A stretch of 64,000 bases of DNA from assembly GCA_951813565.1 (NCBI GenBank), contig OX638351.1:4864001-4928000 (forward strand), written 5' to 3'. The position numbers and the translations under genes are program-made. Shown one piece after another: positions 1 through 11,143 of the stretch. How positions within the stretch are numbered: position 1 is the first letter of the stretch; each line of letters begins with the position of its first letter. The stretch comes from an uncultured Poribacteria bacterium (lineage in GTDB: Bacteria > Poribacteria > WGA-4E > WGA-3G). The notes below the pieces were generated by a model. The model saw only the letters and a program-made list of their open reading frames with translations, searched no databases and had not been told where the DNA came from.

Positions 1-273
1 TTGGAGCGCTCAGTCTCCAGAGTGGCAATTTCTTCTGCTAACTCTATAATAGAATCAAGAATAAAATTGTAAAGTTTCACATTTTCATTATGATCTTCAA
101 TTGCTTCTACCAAATCGTCATCGAGATCATCAAGCGTTTGCATGCCTGTAAGTATTCACAACCCAACTGATTGGATTTGCGTAAATACAAAAAACAATTA
201 ATATTGGGGACAACAAGACCATCGCAATAAGGGTAAGAAATGAAAAGTCGCTCCGCTTCGTTTGATATTTCAT
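1..273 (-). pseudogene. Probable frameshifted gene for a secreted protein, running off the window start
   Basis: RBS AAGGAG precedes ATG at 273 (MKYQTKRSDFSFLTLIAMVLLSPILIVFC, signal-like). The frame stops after 47 codons, but protein-like text continues in other frames (TLDDLDDDLVEAIEDHNEN; YLDSIIELAEEIATLETERS). Confidence 0.35.
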
Positions 274-295
274 TGAAGTTCTCCTTTTTCATGTT

Positions 296-496
296 AGGTG
301 CTAACCTAAAAGTTACACAAAACAGTTGATTTCATGCTACAATTAGGTTAGCGCTGCTATAGCTGGATTATGGCAGTGCAGCGTCGATCGGTGCTCGTAA
401 CACCATCGGCGCACCTATAAACATTATAGGAGACTACCATTGAACGTAATTATTATACAAAACAAACAAAAAATTGTCAAGAAAAAAGCTAAGTTT
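296..496. repeat. 201-bp structured repeat, copy 1
   Basis: Nearly identical to 2907-3107; several stem-loops; right end cut by the MITE starting at 497. Confidence 0.95.
452..480 (-). promoter_or_regulatory. Consensus sigma70 promoter inside the repeat
   Basis: Minus strand TTGACA-17nt-TATAAT; copy 2 at 3063-3091 reads TTGAGA-17-TATAAT. Confidence 0.75.
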
Positions 497-706
497 GGGT
501 GTGTAAATATTTGGTTATATAGGTTCAATTTGCAATGATTACGCGGCGTTTCCCACTGTAGGGCGGGGTCCCTGTGCCCCGCCACTGCGCAGGACGTGCC
601 ATGCAACGGGCAGGCACCAAATCAACGGTATGAATGCCTTATGGCATTCCCCAGAGACCCCCTACAATAAGAGTTGAGAAGATTGTAACCAAAACTTTAC
701 ACACCC
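497..706. mobile_element. MITE, GGGTGTGTAAA TIR family, carrying REP hairpins
   Basis: Ends GGGTGTGTAAA...TTTACACACCC; inverted homolog of 11990-12621; no TSD visible here. Confidence 0.8.
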
Positions 707-825
707 AACCCATAAGTAATTTTACTACAATCAAATTACAAGGTTTATACAAAATTTCATTGCAGAAATTCTCATTGAATGAAGAGAAAACCAAAAACAC
801 TCTTTTGTGAGATATCAGGTCAGAA

Positions 826-1512
826 TTACCGGATATTCTTGATTTGCGCCCATTGCGTTGTTAATTTACCAGCGGGTTCAATTGGGAAAAAAATGGCATC
901 AATTTCGGCTAATTCATAGTCGCCGCCTACGCCGAAGTGCATACCCCATCCACCACCACGTTCACTGACCTTTATCATGATCAAATTATTTCCTTTTTTT
1001 AGATCAACCTTTAAATGATCTTGGAAGGTGTCTTCTTTGCCGAGACTCCGGTTCTCCGCATGGGTATGAACAACTTCGCCATTAACCCAAACCCTAACTG
1101 AGTCATCACTACTAACACCCATTGCTACGTTTGCTTGCGCTCTTTTCGTTTTGAGGACAATTAGCGCATAAGACGTTATATGATCTAACTCACCAGCCTC
1201 AAAACCTATTTTATTAACGAGAGCATTAATATCTCCGTTATTGGCAAGTGTGCCAGGTGTCCACTCATAATTACCAACTTCGTTGCCTTCTCTTGCACCG
1301 TGTTTGGCGATTTTCTCTTCGGTGACTTTGCCGTTGCTGGCTTCATCAAGTGAATCAACATAGGTAGAATTTGCACCACCTTGTCCACCTACAGTTTTAG
1401 CAATCATCCAGAGATACGTACCAAGAATTTTTTCTTGAGCATCAGCAGTCAGCGTCATCACTGTAAGACTCATCAGAAAAGCCGATCCTATTATACACAT
1501 TTTTCTGAACAT
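826..1512 (-). CDS. Secreted protein with PA14/beta-sandwich-like domain and C-terminal IEPAGKLTTQWAQIK motif
   Basis: RBS AGGAGG before ATG 1512; signal peptide; SDDSVRVWVNG...LKKGNNLIMIKV pattern. Confidence 0.75.
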   Translation of the reverse strand: MFRKMCIIGSAFLMSLTVMTLTADAQEKILGTYLWMIAKTVGGQGGANSTYVDSLDEASNGKVTEEKIAKHGAREGNEVGNYEWTPGTLANNGDINALVNKIGFEAGELDHITSYALIVLKTKRAQANVAMGVSSDDSVRVWVNGEVVHTHAENRSLGKEDTFQDHLKVDLKKGNNLIMIKVSERGGGWGMHFGVGGDYELAEIDAIFFPIEPAGKLTTQWAQIKNIR

Positions 1513-1714
1513 TATATATAACCTCCTAAAATCAATACCTTCGCCAATTTTTGGAGTTAATTTGAATGGATAGGTAATGAATTCACCCATAGGTGTCAAC
1601 TTATGGATTTATTTCAAGTTTTACGCAATTTAGCAAGCCTAACACCCAACGCAGCTGGACGCAAACATAATCCTTTAGAAATGGTATTTTCTACATTGTG
1701 AACCGTGATTATCT

Positions 1715-2713
1715 TCATTGCTTCATACGTTCAGCTTGTTTCAACCGACCCCAAAGAGTCGTCTGGGTGTCCACAGTCGGAGAAACGGAGAAAAAACTTT
1801 CGGGAACCCAGGCGGGAGAATTATCCCCAGGATGTTGTGTGATTTGCCGTGGCTCGCCCCCCTCGACAGAAACGATAAAAATGTGTTCCCACGCATTCGG
1901 GGTTCCCACAGGATCCACTCCTGCATCATAGGCATCGTAGGCAATCCACTTACCATCAGGGGACCACGCAGGATTGTAGCTCCAAGTCCCAAAAGGCGAG
2001 ATGCGGCGGGCGTTTTGTCCATCTGTATCCATGATGTAGATACCATCACCATCCTCACCATTACCGCTAACACAAGCAATCTGTTTTCCATCAGGCGACC
2101 AAGCAGGAAACCGAGGAAAAGGTACGCCCGGGTTTTTTATCTCTCTGAGATTTTTTCCATCTGCGTCCATCACATAGAGACGACCGATAGAATGGAAAGC
2201 AATTGATTGCCCATCTGGAGACCAAGTTATCTCATAGGTAAAATGTCCTTGGTTAGTAAGCCTCTGTAGATTCTCGCCGTTGATATCAATTTTGTAGATA
2301 TCATATAGCAAGTTTAGCACGTTTATCGGGGATACAAAAGCTATCCAATTTCCATCAGGTGACCAGGCAGGAGAAGAAGGTGACCAGAAAGGATCAAAAT
2401 CGTCCTCCGGATGGTTTATCAACCGACGCACCTCAGCTTCATTGAATGTCTTAATATAGATTTCGAAATTTCCATCACGGTTCGACGCAAAAGCAAAAGA
2501 ACGCCCATCTGGTGCCCACGTTGCGCAACAGTCCTCTGCGGGATGGTTTGTTAGGTTGCGTAGATTCTTGCCGTTTGTATCAATGATGTAGATGTCAGTT
2601 TGCCCTGTCCGGTTAGAATTGAAAGAAATATACGGAGCTCCCCAAGCGTTTACGGCAAGCAGAAAACAACTGAACAGGAATGTCATTCCAAACAACATAT
2701 ATGTGCGTTTCAT
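1715..2713 (-). CDS. TolB-like/PD40 beta-propeller secreted protein
   Basis: Signal peptide; repeated P-x-W-S-P-D-G motifs; C-terminal VSPTVDTQTTLWGRLK. Confidence 0.9.
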   Translation of the reverse strand: MKRTYMLFGMTFLFSCFLLAVNAWGAPYISFNSNRTGQTDIYIIDTNGKNLRNLTNHPAEDCCATWAPDGRSFAFASNRDGNFEIYIKTFNEAEVRRLINHPEDDFDPFWSPSSPAWSPDGNWIAFVSPINVLNLLYDIYKIDINGENLQRLTNQGHFTYEITWSPDGQSIAFHSIGRLYVMDADGKNLREIKNPGVPFPRFPAWSPDGKQIACVSGNGEDGDGIYIMDTDGQNARRISPFGTWSYNPAWSPDGKWIAYDAYDAGVDPVGTPNAWEHIFIVSVEGGEPRQITQHPGDNSPAWVPESFFSVSPTVDTQTTLWGRLKQAERMKQ

Positions 2714-2906
2714 TTTTTATCTCCTGGATAATCACTATCAAGAATAGCGAGTTGTTAATAGTTTGACGTGCGAATTAAACACAATACAGCAGTTATTACA
2801 AATTTCGGAGGACGGAGGCAAATTTAAAGACTGTCAGTTGCCAATGATATGTAACTTCTAAAATTATTTATCAAACTCACCTTCATCTTTAGGTTTCTCC
2901 TTATGA

Positions 2907-3107
2907 AGGTGCTAACCTAAAAGTTACACAAAACAGGTGGTTTCATGCTACAATTAGGTTAGCGCTGCTATAGCTGGATTATGGCAGTGCAGCGTCGATT
3001 GGTGTTTACGCCACCATCGGCGCACCTATAAACATTATAGGAGACTACCATTGAACGTAATTATTATACAAAACAAACAAAAAATTCTCAATAAAAAAGC
3101 TAAGTTT
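2907..3107. repeat. 201-bp structured repeat, copy 2
   Basis: Direct repeat of 296-496; differences fall mostly in loops. Confidence 0.95.
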
Positions 3108-3350
3108 TTCTAATAAAAATTAATAATTTCTCATTAACGTTAATTTTTCTTAAAGAACCCTCTTTCCTCCCTTATCAGGGAGGATTTTTTGTAAATCTAT
3201 TTGGCATCTATGGATAAAACACAAGCGAAATCCAACAACCGAGGACGAAAACTTTACACACCTATTGTCGGATTTGAGGTTGTTTTTTTCCACAGCGGGT
3301 GCTATAATAGTGTAAATATGGAATTTGCCAAGTATTTTAAGGAGACCTAA

Positions 3351-4496
3351 ATGAAAGATTTTGCGTTTACAGGGGGCAGACCCGACCCTTATACGTTTCC
3401 GACTGAGGCGTTGATTGAGGCAAGCGCAAAAGCGCTCCGTAAATTGGGAGGGCAACTGGTCAATTATCCCGGTGAATCTGGTTACCGTGGGTTGCGCGAA
3501 CTTGCGTCAATGCGCTTTGAACGGCGAGAAGGTGTCCCACTTCCAGTAGATAACACCTCAATTACCTCAGGGTCGATGCAGGCACTTGAATTAGTCTTAG
3601 GAACATTTATTAAACCAGGCGATACGGTATTGACAGAAGAATTTACCTATAGCGGCACACTCGGTATTATGCGACACCTCAAAGCGAATATTATCGGAAT
3701 ACCGATGGATTATGTAGATGGCATGGAGATGGATGCGTTGGAGGATAAGTTGAAGGCGCTTAAACGCCAAAATGTCACACCTTCTCTCATCTATACGACT
3801 TCCAATCATCAAAACCCAACAGGTGCGATTCTGTCGCTGGAAAGGCGGCACCGCATGTTGGAACTTGCAGAAGAATACGACACGCTTATTGTAGAAGATG
3901 ATTGCTACGGTGATATTGATTTTGTGCCGAACCCAACACCCGCATCACTGTTCAAGTTGGATGCATCAAACAGAGTTATCTTCATCGCTACATTCTCAAA
4001 AATTCTGGGTGCGGGGGTGAGACAAGGTTACTTCGTAGCCAAACAACCTTATTACGGGATGATTCACCGCAATCGCTGGGACGGTGGCACGAGTGCGCTT
4101 GCAAGTGCTATTGTGGCAGAATTTTTCATGGAGCATCTTGAGGCACACCTTGAAACGACAAATGCTGCTGTCGGTGCTAAATGTCAAGCCGTAATAGATA
4201 CACTTGAAGCAAACGTCAGTGATCTCTGTACGTGGACAAAACCGCGTGGTGGACTTTTCCTCTGGATAGATCTACCAGAATCGACTGATATGAATAAGCT
4301 AAGTGAGTTGGCATCGGCAAAAGGTGTAGGTTATAGCAACGGCAGTGCGTTCCACTATGCAGGCGATCCGGTAAAGGCAATTCGGTTAGCGTATGCGTAT
4401 TGTCATGTTGATGACGTTCCAGAAGGAATTACCTATCTGGCAGAAGCGATCCGAAACGCGCAAGTAGCGGCTGTTGATGTCGCTGCAGCAGATTAA
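3351..4496 (+). CDS. PLP-dependent class I/II aminotransferase (MocR/2-aminoadipate transaminase-like)
   Basis: QNPTG, IVEDDCY and TFSKILGAGVRQG (PLP lysine) motifs; RBS AGGAG. Confidence 0.9.
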   Translation: MKDFAFTGGRPDPYTFPTEALIEASAKALRKLGGQLVNYPGESGYRGLRELASMRFERREGVPLPVDNTSITSGSMQALELVLGTFIKPGDTVLTEEFTYSGTLGIMRHLKANIIGIPMDYVDGMEMDALEDKLKALKRQNVTPSLIYTTSNHQNPTGAILSLERRHRMLELAEEYDTLIVEDDCYGDIDFVPNPTPASLFKLDASNRVIFIATFSKILGAGVRQGYFVAKQPYYGMIHRNRWDGGTSALASAIVAEFFMEHLEAHLETTNAAVGAKCQAVIDTLEANVSDLCTWTKPRGGLFLWIDLPESTDMNKLSELASAKGVGYSNGSAFHYAGDPVKAIRLAYAYCHVDDVPEGITYLAEAIRNAQVAAVDVAAAD

Positions 4497-4569
4497 CAAA
4501 GTGCTTGTGCAACCATAACCTATTAGCAGTGTAATACTTTAGTGTAAAGATAACGCTGCGGAGGAAGTT

Positions 4570-5940
4570 TTGCGTAATATCATCCTTTTCTCATTAGATA
4601 CGCTCCGGGCGTCGAGTATGAGTTGTTATGGACATAAACACCTGACAACACCACATCTTGACGCGCTGGTAGCAGATTCTACCCTTTTTGAAAGCTGTAT
4701 TAGTCCGCATATCCCAACACATCCAGCACATACGACAATGTTTACAGGAAAAGATGTATTAACGCACCAAATTATAACGCAAGGTGGACGTTTAAACCTT
4801 TCTGAAAATATCAAGACTCTCCCAGAATTGCTCAACGAAGCGGATTACTTTACTGTAGCTGCAGACAATTTGGGGCGCTGGTTTCAACGCGGTTATCCGG
4901 AGAACCAGTATCGCGGTTATCAATGGGAAACGCGCTACCGAAATGCTCGGAAAGCTGAAGCAGTAAATCAAACAGCGATAGAACTGTTAGAACTTGCACA
5001 ATCGCAGGATAAACCGTGGTTTGCGTTTCTCCACTATTGGGATCCGCATACACCTTACCTGCCGCCGCTCCCATTTGAACGGATGTTTTATAGCGGTGAC
5101 GAATGCGATCCGAACAATCGGAGTATGGATGCCGTTTATGCCTGTGAACCGTTTACAGATTATTTCCGACAGTGGATGTGCAAACCCGACCCAGATGATC
5201 CTGACAACCTCGCTAAAAAACGTCTCTGGACAGACCGTAGGTATGTGAACTCACAATATGATGCTTCAATTGCTTATATGGATGCATCTTTGGCGCAGCT
5301 TTTTCAGTATCTACAGGATTGCGGACTGATGGAAGAAACGCTTTTGGTAATTACGGCTGACCACGGTGAGGAACTTGATGAACACCAACTCTGGTATGAT
5401 CACCACGGATTGTATCAGACAAATTGCCACATTCCGTTGATACTCCACTGTCCCGCGGTTATTCCGAAAGGGCAGCAGCTTGATGGGTTGGTGTCGCTGA
5501 AGGATATTGCGCCAACTGTTTTAGATTATGCTGGACAAAGCACTTTAGGGGAACGCGAAAAGATGAAAGGCACAAGCCTTCGTAATTTGATCGAAAATGG
5601 CGCAGATGACGGTTCATGCGATGCGATCTACCTGACAGAATGCGGATGGATGAAAAAGCGTGGATGGCAAACACGTAAATGGAAACTGATTGTGGAAACC
5701 GGCGGCACGCCTGCTGTTTATAATACGCCCGATATTGAACTCTACGATCTTGAGGAAGACCCTGATGAAATATACAATTTGGCAGAAGAAGCAGATGATA
5801 TTGTGGCAAAATTAAGAAACGATATGGATGCGTTTCTAAAACGCCGATTGACTGAGACAGGGCTACCGGACCCAACAGTTGAACAGGAAATTACAATGCG
5901 GCGTATCGGAGATAAAACCAAAGCGGTGCCGTTGCCTTAG
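4570..5940 (+). CDS. Sulfatase-like (alkaline phosphatase superfamily) hydrolase
   Basis: SLDTLR, HYWDPH, TADHGE, HHG, ELYDLxxDP motifs; nucleophile motif reads THPAH. Confidence 0.85.
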   Translation: MRNIILFSLDTLRASSMSCYGHKHLTTPHLDALVADSTLFESCISPHIPTHPAHTTMFTGKDVLTHQIITQGGRLNLSENIKTLPELLNEADYFTVAADNLGRWFQRGYPENQYRGYQWETRYRNARKAEAVNQTAIELLELAQSQDKPWFAFLHYWDPHTPYLPPLPFERMFYSGDECDPNNRSMDAVYACEPFTDYFRQWMCKPDPDDPDNLAKKRLWTDRRYVNSQYDASIAYMDASLAQLFQYLQDCGLMEETLLVITADHGEELDEHQLWYDHHGLYQTNCHIPLILHCPAVIPKGQQLDGLVSLKDIAPTVLDYAGQSTLGEREKMKGTSLRNLIENGADDGSCDAIYLTECGWMKKRGWQTRKWKLIVETGGTPAVYNTPDIELYDLEEDPDEIYNLAEEADDIVAKLRNDMDAFLKRRLTETGLPDPTVEQEITMRRIGDKTKAVPLP

Positions 5941-5977
5941 TAGGCTTAGGAATTTGAATGGAGAGATGAGGCTGGTT

Positions 5978-6080
5978 TATAGTGAATTATAAAATTAAAT
6001 TGACACTCTCTTCTCTCGGTAGGCGAAGTTTCCTAACCTCGCCTACGTAGAGTGTTCAAGTAATTCTAAAATCTACTATA
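5978..6080. mobile_element. MITE, TATAGT...ACTATA TIR family, with REP hairpin
   Basis: Imperfect ~20-bp TIRs; relatives at 7302-7754, 27529-27662 and 29817-30020. Confidence 0.7.
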
Positions 6081-6109
6081 CAAACACTTGTGACATCGTA
6101 ATCTGTTGA

Positions 6110-7297
6110 ATGCAGTCGAATCGTCTCCAAAAATTCTTTGATAGATATGTCGGCATCCCAATCGGCATAATGTTTTACCTGATTAGCACCATTAGAACTT
6201 TTCTGATTAGGAAAGTTGAGTTGCGAAACCGAGGATCAGAATCTCGGAACGAAATTGACTCCTTTATAGACTATCCGAAAAAGATTCTGTTTATCCAACT
6301 TTCCGCTTTGGGTGACACGATCTTGGCTATTCCTACCATCCGTGCCTTACGTAGAAGTTTTCCGCAGGCAGAACTCTCGTTCTTAGCTTCACCGACGAAT
6401 CTCTCATATTTAGAAAGGTGTCCTTACATTGACAAGCGGATCCTGTTCCGTTATCCCCTCTACCAGTTAATTCGGATGCTTCGTCAGGAGCATTTTGATT
6501 GGGTGATTGATCTGGAGCATTGGTCACGGTTTAGTGTGCTACTGGCCTATGCGACAGGTGCGCCTCGCCTCATCGGATTCAGTGCCGAGCATCAATATCG
6601 TCACTATCTGTTCACTGACATTGTTCCACATATTCCAAGAAAACACGAAGTACTTAATTTTTTGAGTATTGCGCATGAATTAGGCTGCAGTACCGAAAAT
6701 ATGGAACTCGCTGTTTGGGCTGGCGAAACGGAACGCGAATGGTGCCAAAATTTGCTTGCACAGGAACAGGTGAATATATCTGAGCCACTGGTTGTGCTGC
6801 ATCCGGAGGCGGGTCGACGTGGTGAACCGCGTAGGCGGTGGCAACAAGAGCGGTACGTAATGCTGGCTGATGCGCTGTCATCTCGCTATAACGCACGAAT
6901 TTTCTTGACGGGAGCACCGGATGAGGTAGAGGTTTCGGAGTGGATAGCAGAACGAACCGCGTGTGAAACGGTATGCCTTGCTGGGCGAACACAGATAAAT
7001 CAACTTGCAGCGTTGTTTACGCAGGCAGATTTGGTTATTAGTGGGAATTGTGGGCCGATGCATCTCGCTGCTGCGTCAGGAACACCAATTATCGCGCTTC
7101 ACGGACCAACCAATTCAGCACAGTGGGGACCTTGGGGCGATAAGTCTACTTGTATTGAGGCAACTGTACCGTGTAGTCCGTGCCTTAATTTGGGATTTGA
7201 ATATGCGTGTCAGGCGTTGCCTGATGGGACGTCGCCTTGTATGCACACAATTGAAGTGTCGGAGGTGTTGCAAGCATGTGAGGCGTACTTGGGATAG
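6110..7297 (+). CDS. Glycosyltransferase family 9 (heptosyltransferase-like)
   Basis: QLSALGD, RRW, NCGPMHLAAA and ALHGPT motifs. Confidence 0.9.
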   Translation: MQSNRLQKFFDRYVGIPIGIMFYLISTIRTFLIRKVELRNRGSESRNEIDSFIDYPKKILFIQLSALGDTILAIPTIRALRRSFPQAELSFLASPTNLSYLERCPYIDKRILFRYPLYQLIRMLRQEHFDWVIDLEHWSRFSVLLAYATGAPRLIGFSAEHQYRHYLFTDIVPHIPRKHEVLNFLSIAHELGCSTENMELAVWAGETEREWCQNLLAQEQVNISEPLVVLHPEAGRRGEPRRRWQQERYVMLADALSSRYNARIFLTGAPDEVEVSEWIAERTACETVCLAGRTQINQLAALFTQADLVISGNCGPMHLAAASGTPIIALHGPTNSAQWGPWGDKSTCIEATVPCSPCLNLGFEYACQALPDGTSPCMHTIEVSEVLQACEAYLG

Positions 7298-7301
7298 GTG
7301 T

Positions 7302-7754
7302 CATAGTAAAATCTAAAATTACTTGGACAGTTCTTTATAGGTTTGAAGCGTTTAATGTGAATGCCAAAAGGCATTCGGACCGTTGATTTGGCGCATTCAC
7401 CAAGCGCAATTCATTGCGCCTTTTACATCGACTGATAGGCGCGCTTTCATGAAGATTAATTTTTTAATTTGGTCCTTTTGATCTTTTTTCTGTCTGAATC
7501 GCGGAAAACGCGGAAAACACAGAAAATGCTATTGTGTTTCCATATTTACCTTCACAAATAAACAGGTTGGATTATCAAAACATTCTTCTTTCCGCGTTCT
7601 CCGCGTCTTCCGTGATTCAGACAACCAGATAATGAACCTCACACAAGAAAACATAAAACAAGATGTCGATGGTTAGGAAATTACCGATTTATTTTCTTAA
7701 ACTTCATCTAAGCGCGCTGATTGAATCGCATCATTAATTATAAAATCTACTATA
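7302..7754. mobile_element. Nested MITE cluster (TATAGT-type outer element, ATGAAG...CTTCAT element at 7449-7707, REPs, AATCAAC element near 7357-7390)
   Basis: TIR pairs read directly and matched to other copies in the window. Confidence 0.7.
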
Positions 7755-7788
7755 AAAAAACGGGCGGACTGAACATCCACCCGTTTTC
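7754..7788 (-). terminator. Intrinsic terminator after groEL (possibly bidirectional)
   Basis: AAAAAAACGGGCGGA...TCCACCCGTTTT hairpin with A/T tails. Confidence 0.65.
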
Positions 7789-7861
7789 TAAAAATAGATT
7801 TTTCTCATAAACCCTACCCACAGGTTGAACCTGCATACTATTTATGAGATAATCTATTGGA

Positions 7862-9499
<1,638 letters not shown>

Positions 9500-9507
9500 T
9501 TACTTAT

Positions 9508-9798
9508 TTAGTTAACCTTGGCTAAGATATCATCTTCGCGCAAGATGAGAAATTCAACATTATCGTAGGTTACTTCTGTGCCGCCATATTTTGCGAACAG
9601 GACTTTATCGCCGACTTCAACATCAACAGCCTGCCGTTCGCCGTTATCAAGCATACGGCCTTTGCCGACCGCGACAACTTCGCCTTCTTGAGGCTTTTCT
9701 TTGGCGGTGTCTGGGATGATAATCCCGCCACTGGTTTTCTGTTCATCCTCTTCGGAACGTTTGACGAGGATTCGATCGCCAAGGGGTACAAGTGCCAT
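9508..9798 (-). CDS. groS: Co-chaperonin GroES
   Basis: [25 protein letters not shown]. Confidence 0.99.
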   Translation of the reverse strand: MALVPLGDRILVKRSEEDEQKTSGGIIIPDTAKEKPQEGEVVAVGKGRMLDNGERQAVDVEVGDKVLFAKYGGTEVTYDNVEFLILREDDILAKVN

Positions 9799-9893
9799 AT
9801 CTACATTTCCCTCCTAATAGGTTATTAACGTATTACGGGTTTGTTTAAATTTGATTGTAAACCCAAACTATAATCGTATACGCTTTAAGATAT

Positions 9894-9909
9894 AGCAAGA
9901 TATGTGCCA
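9894..9909 (-). promoter_or_regulatory. Sigma54 (-24/-12) promoter of groES-groEL
   Basis: Minus strand TGGCAC-ATATC-TTGCT matches the TGGCAC-N5-TTGCW consensus, about 95 bp upstream of groS. Confidence 0.75.
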
Positions 9910-10069
9910 ATTCTCTAAATGTAGATGTACTCACATTTGGCGGGCTTTTCCGATATTTCAGGTTATGTAAAATCGTGACAATTTGTCCATCTTTCCTGCG
10001 TCTGTGAGAAAAGTGTGCCATTTTGACATAGCTGTCTTTACGCGGATTGTTATGATATTCAACGGTATG

Positions 10070-11059
10070 TCAACCTTGTGTGCTGCATTGAATAACCTGT
10101 CCATTACGGGCGGATTGGTATGCTGCAGATAGGATAACGTTTGCTCTTAAGCCGTCGTTGCCGCTGGCAAGTGGCGCGATACTTGTTGCTACACATTCAG
10201 CAAAATGCTCAAATTGGTGTTGGTAAAGGTCCTCATATTCGGATGTGATGACCTGCTTTTCGCCATTAAAATATGTATGGATTTTCCACCCGTCATCGTT
10301 TATAACAGACACTGTGCCTTCTGTGCCATAGAGTTCAAGGACAATATCACACTGTGCAACAGAAAAACTGAGATCAGTAAATCCTTGTGCACCATTCTGA
10401 AATCGCATCAGGATACCACCAGTTTCTTCTACTTGATAGTTGTGGATTGTGCTGTCGCAAAATGCGGTTACCTCCGTGACTTCGCCGATAAGATAACGTA
10501 GCAGGTCAACACTGTGTGGTCCTAAGTCCATCAGACATCCGCCTCCACCTTTGTCAGGTTGTGCGCGCCATTCGTCCACTGTTAATAGATATTTTTTTAG
10601 GAACGGCATCCTACCGTGTACTATCTGTCCCAGACGATTTTCGTCTACCCATGCTTTAATCTGTTGAAAGCAGGAATGGAATCGGAAGAGGAAGCAGACC
10701 TGTAGATGAACGTTGTTTGCGTTGCATGCGTCAATCATCTGTTTGCATTCCTGTGGCGTGAGTGCCATCGGTTTGTCGCAGAGGACATGTAGTCCACGTT
10801 CTGCGGAGGCGATCACCTGTTCACAGTGCAGATTGACAGGTGTTGAAACGTAGATAGCATCCAGTTCCGAATCGGCAAGTAGATTGTCAATGCTGCTGTA
10901 TGATGTTGTGACATTATGTTCTGCTGCGAGTTGTTTGGCGCGTGCTGCGTCTCTTGAGAAGAGCGCATGGAGTTCTGCACCTGTTGCTTTTTGGATAGCG
11001 GGCATTGCTCGGCGTTGTGCTACGCTTCCTGCACCGAGTACGCCCCATTTTAATGTCAT
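10070..11059 (-). CDS. Gfo/Idh/MocA family oxidoreductase
   Basis: GVLGAG Rossmann motif, HVLCDKP, GGGCLMDLGPH. Confidence 0.92.
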   Translation of the reverse strand: MTLKWGVLGAGSVAQRRAMPAIQKATGAELHALFSRDAARAKQLAAEHNVTTSYSSIDNLLADSELDAIYVSTPVNLHCEQVIASAERGLHVLCDKPMALTPQECKQMIDACNANNVHLQVCFLFRFHSCFQQIKAWVDENRLGQIVHGRMPFLKKYLLTVDEWRAQPDKGGGGCLMDLGPHSVDLLRYLIGEVTEVTAFCDSTIHNYQVEETGGILMRFQNGAQGFTDLSFSVAQCDIVLELYGTEGTVSVINDDGWKIHTYFNGEKQVITSEYEDLYQHQFEHFAECVATSIAPLASGNDGLRANVILSAAYQSARNGQVIQCSTQG

Positions 11060-11143
11060 TTATATTACTCCGTTGTTGGTTATCGGGCTTACAAAGCCTT
11101 TTATAAGAAATCGGGGTTACAAAGCCATCCTACAAGAGGAACA

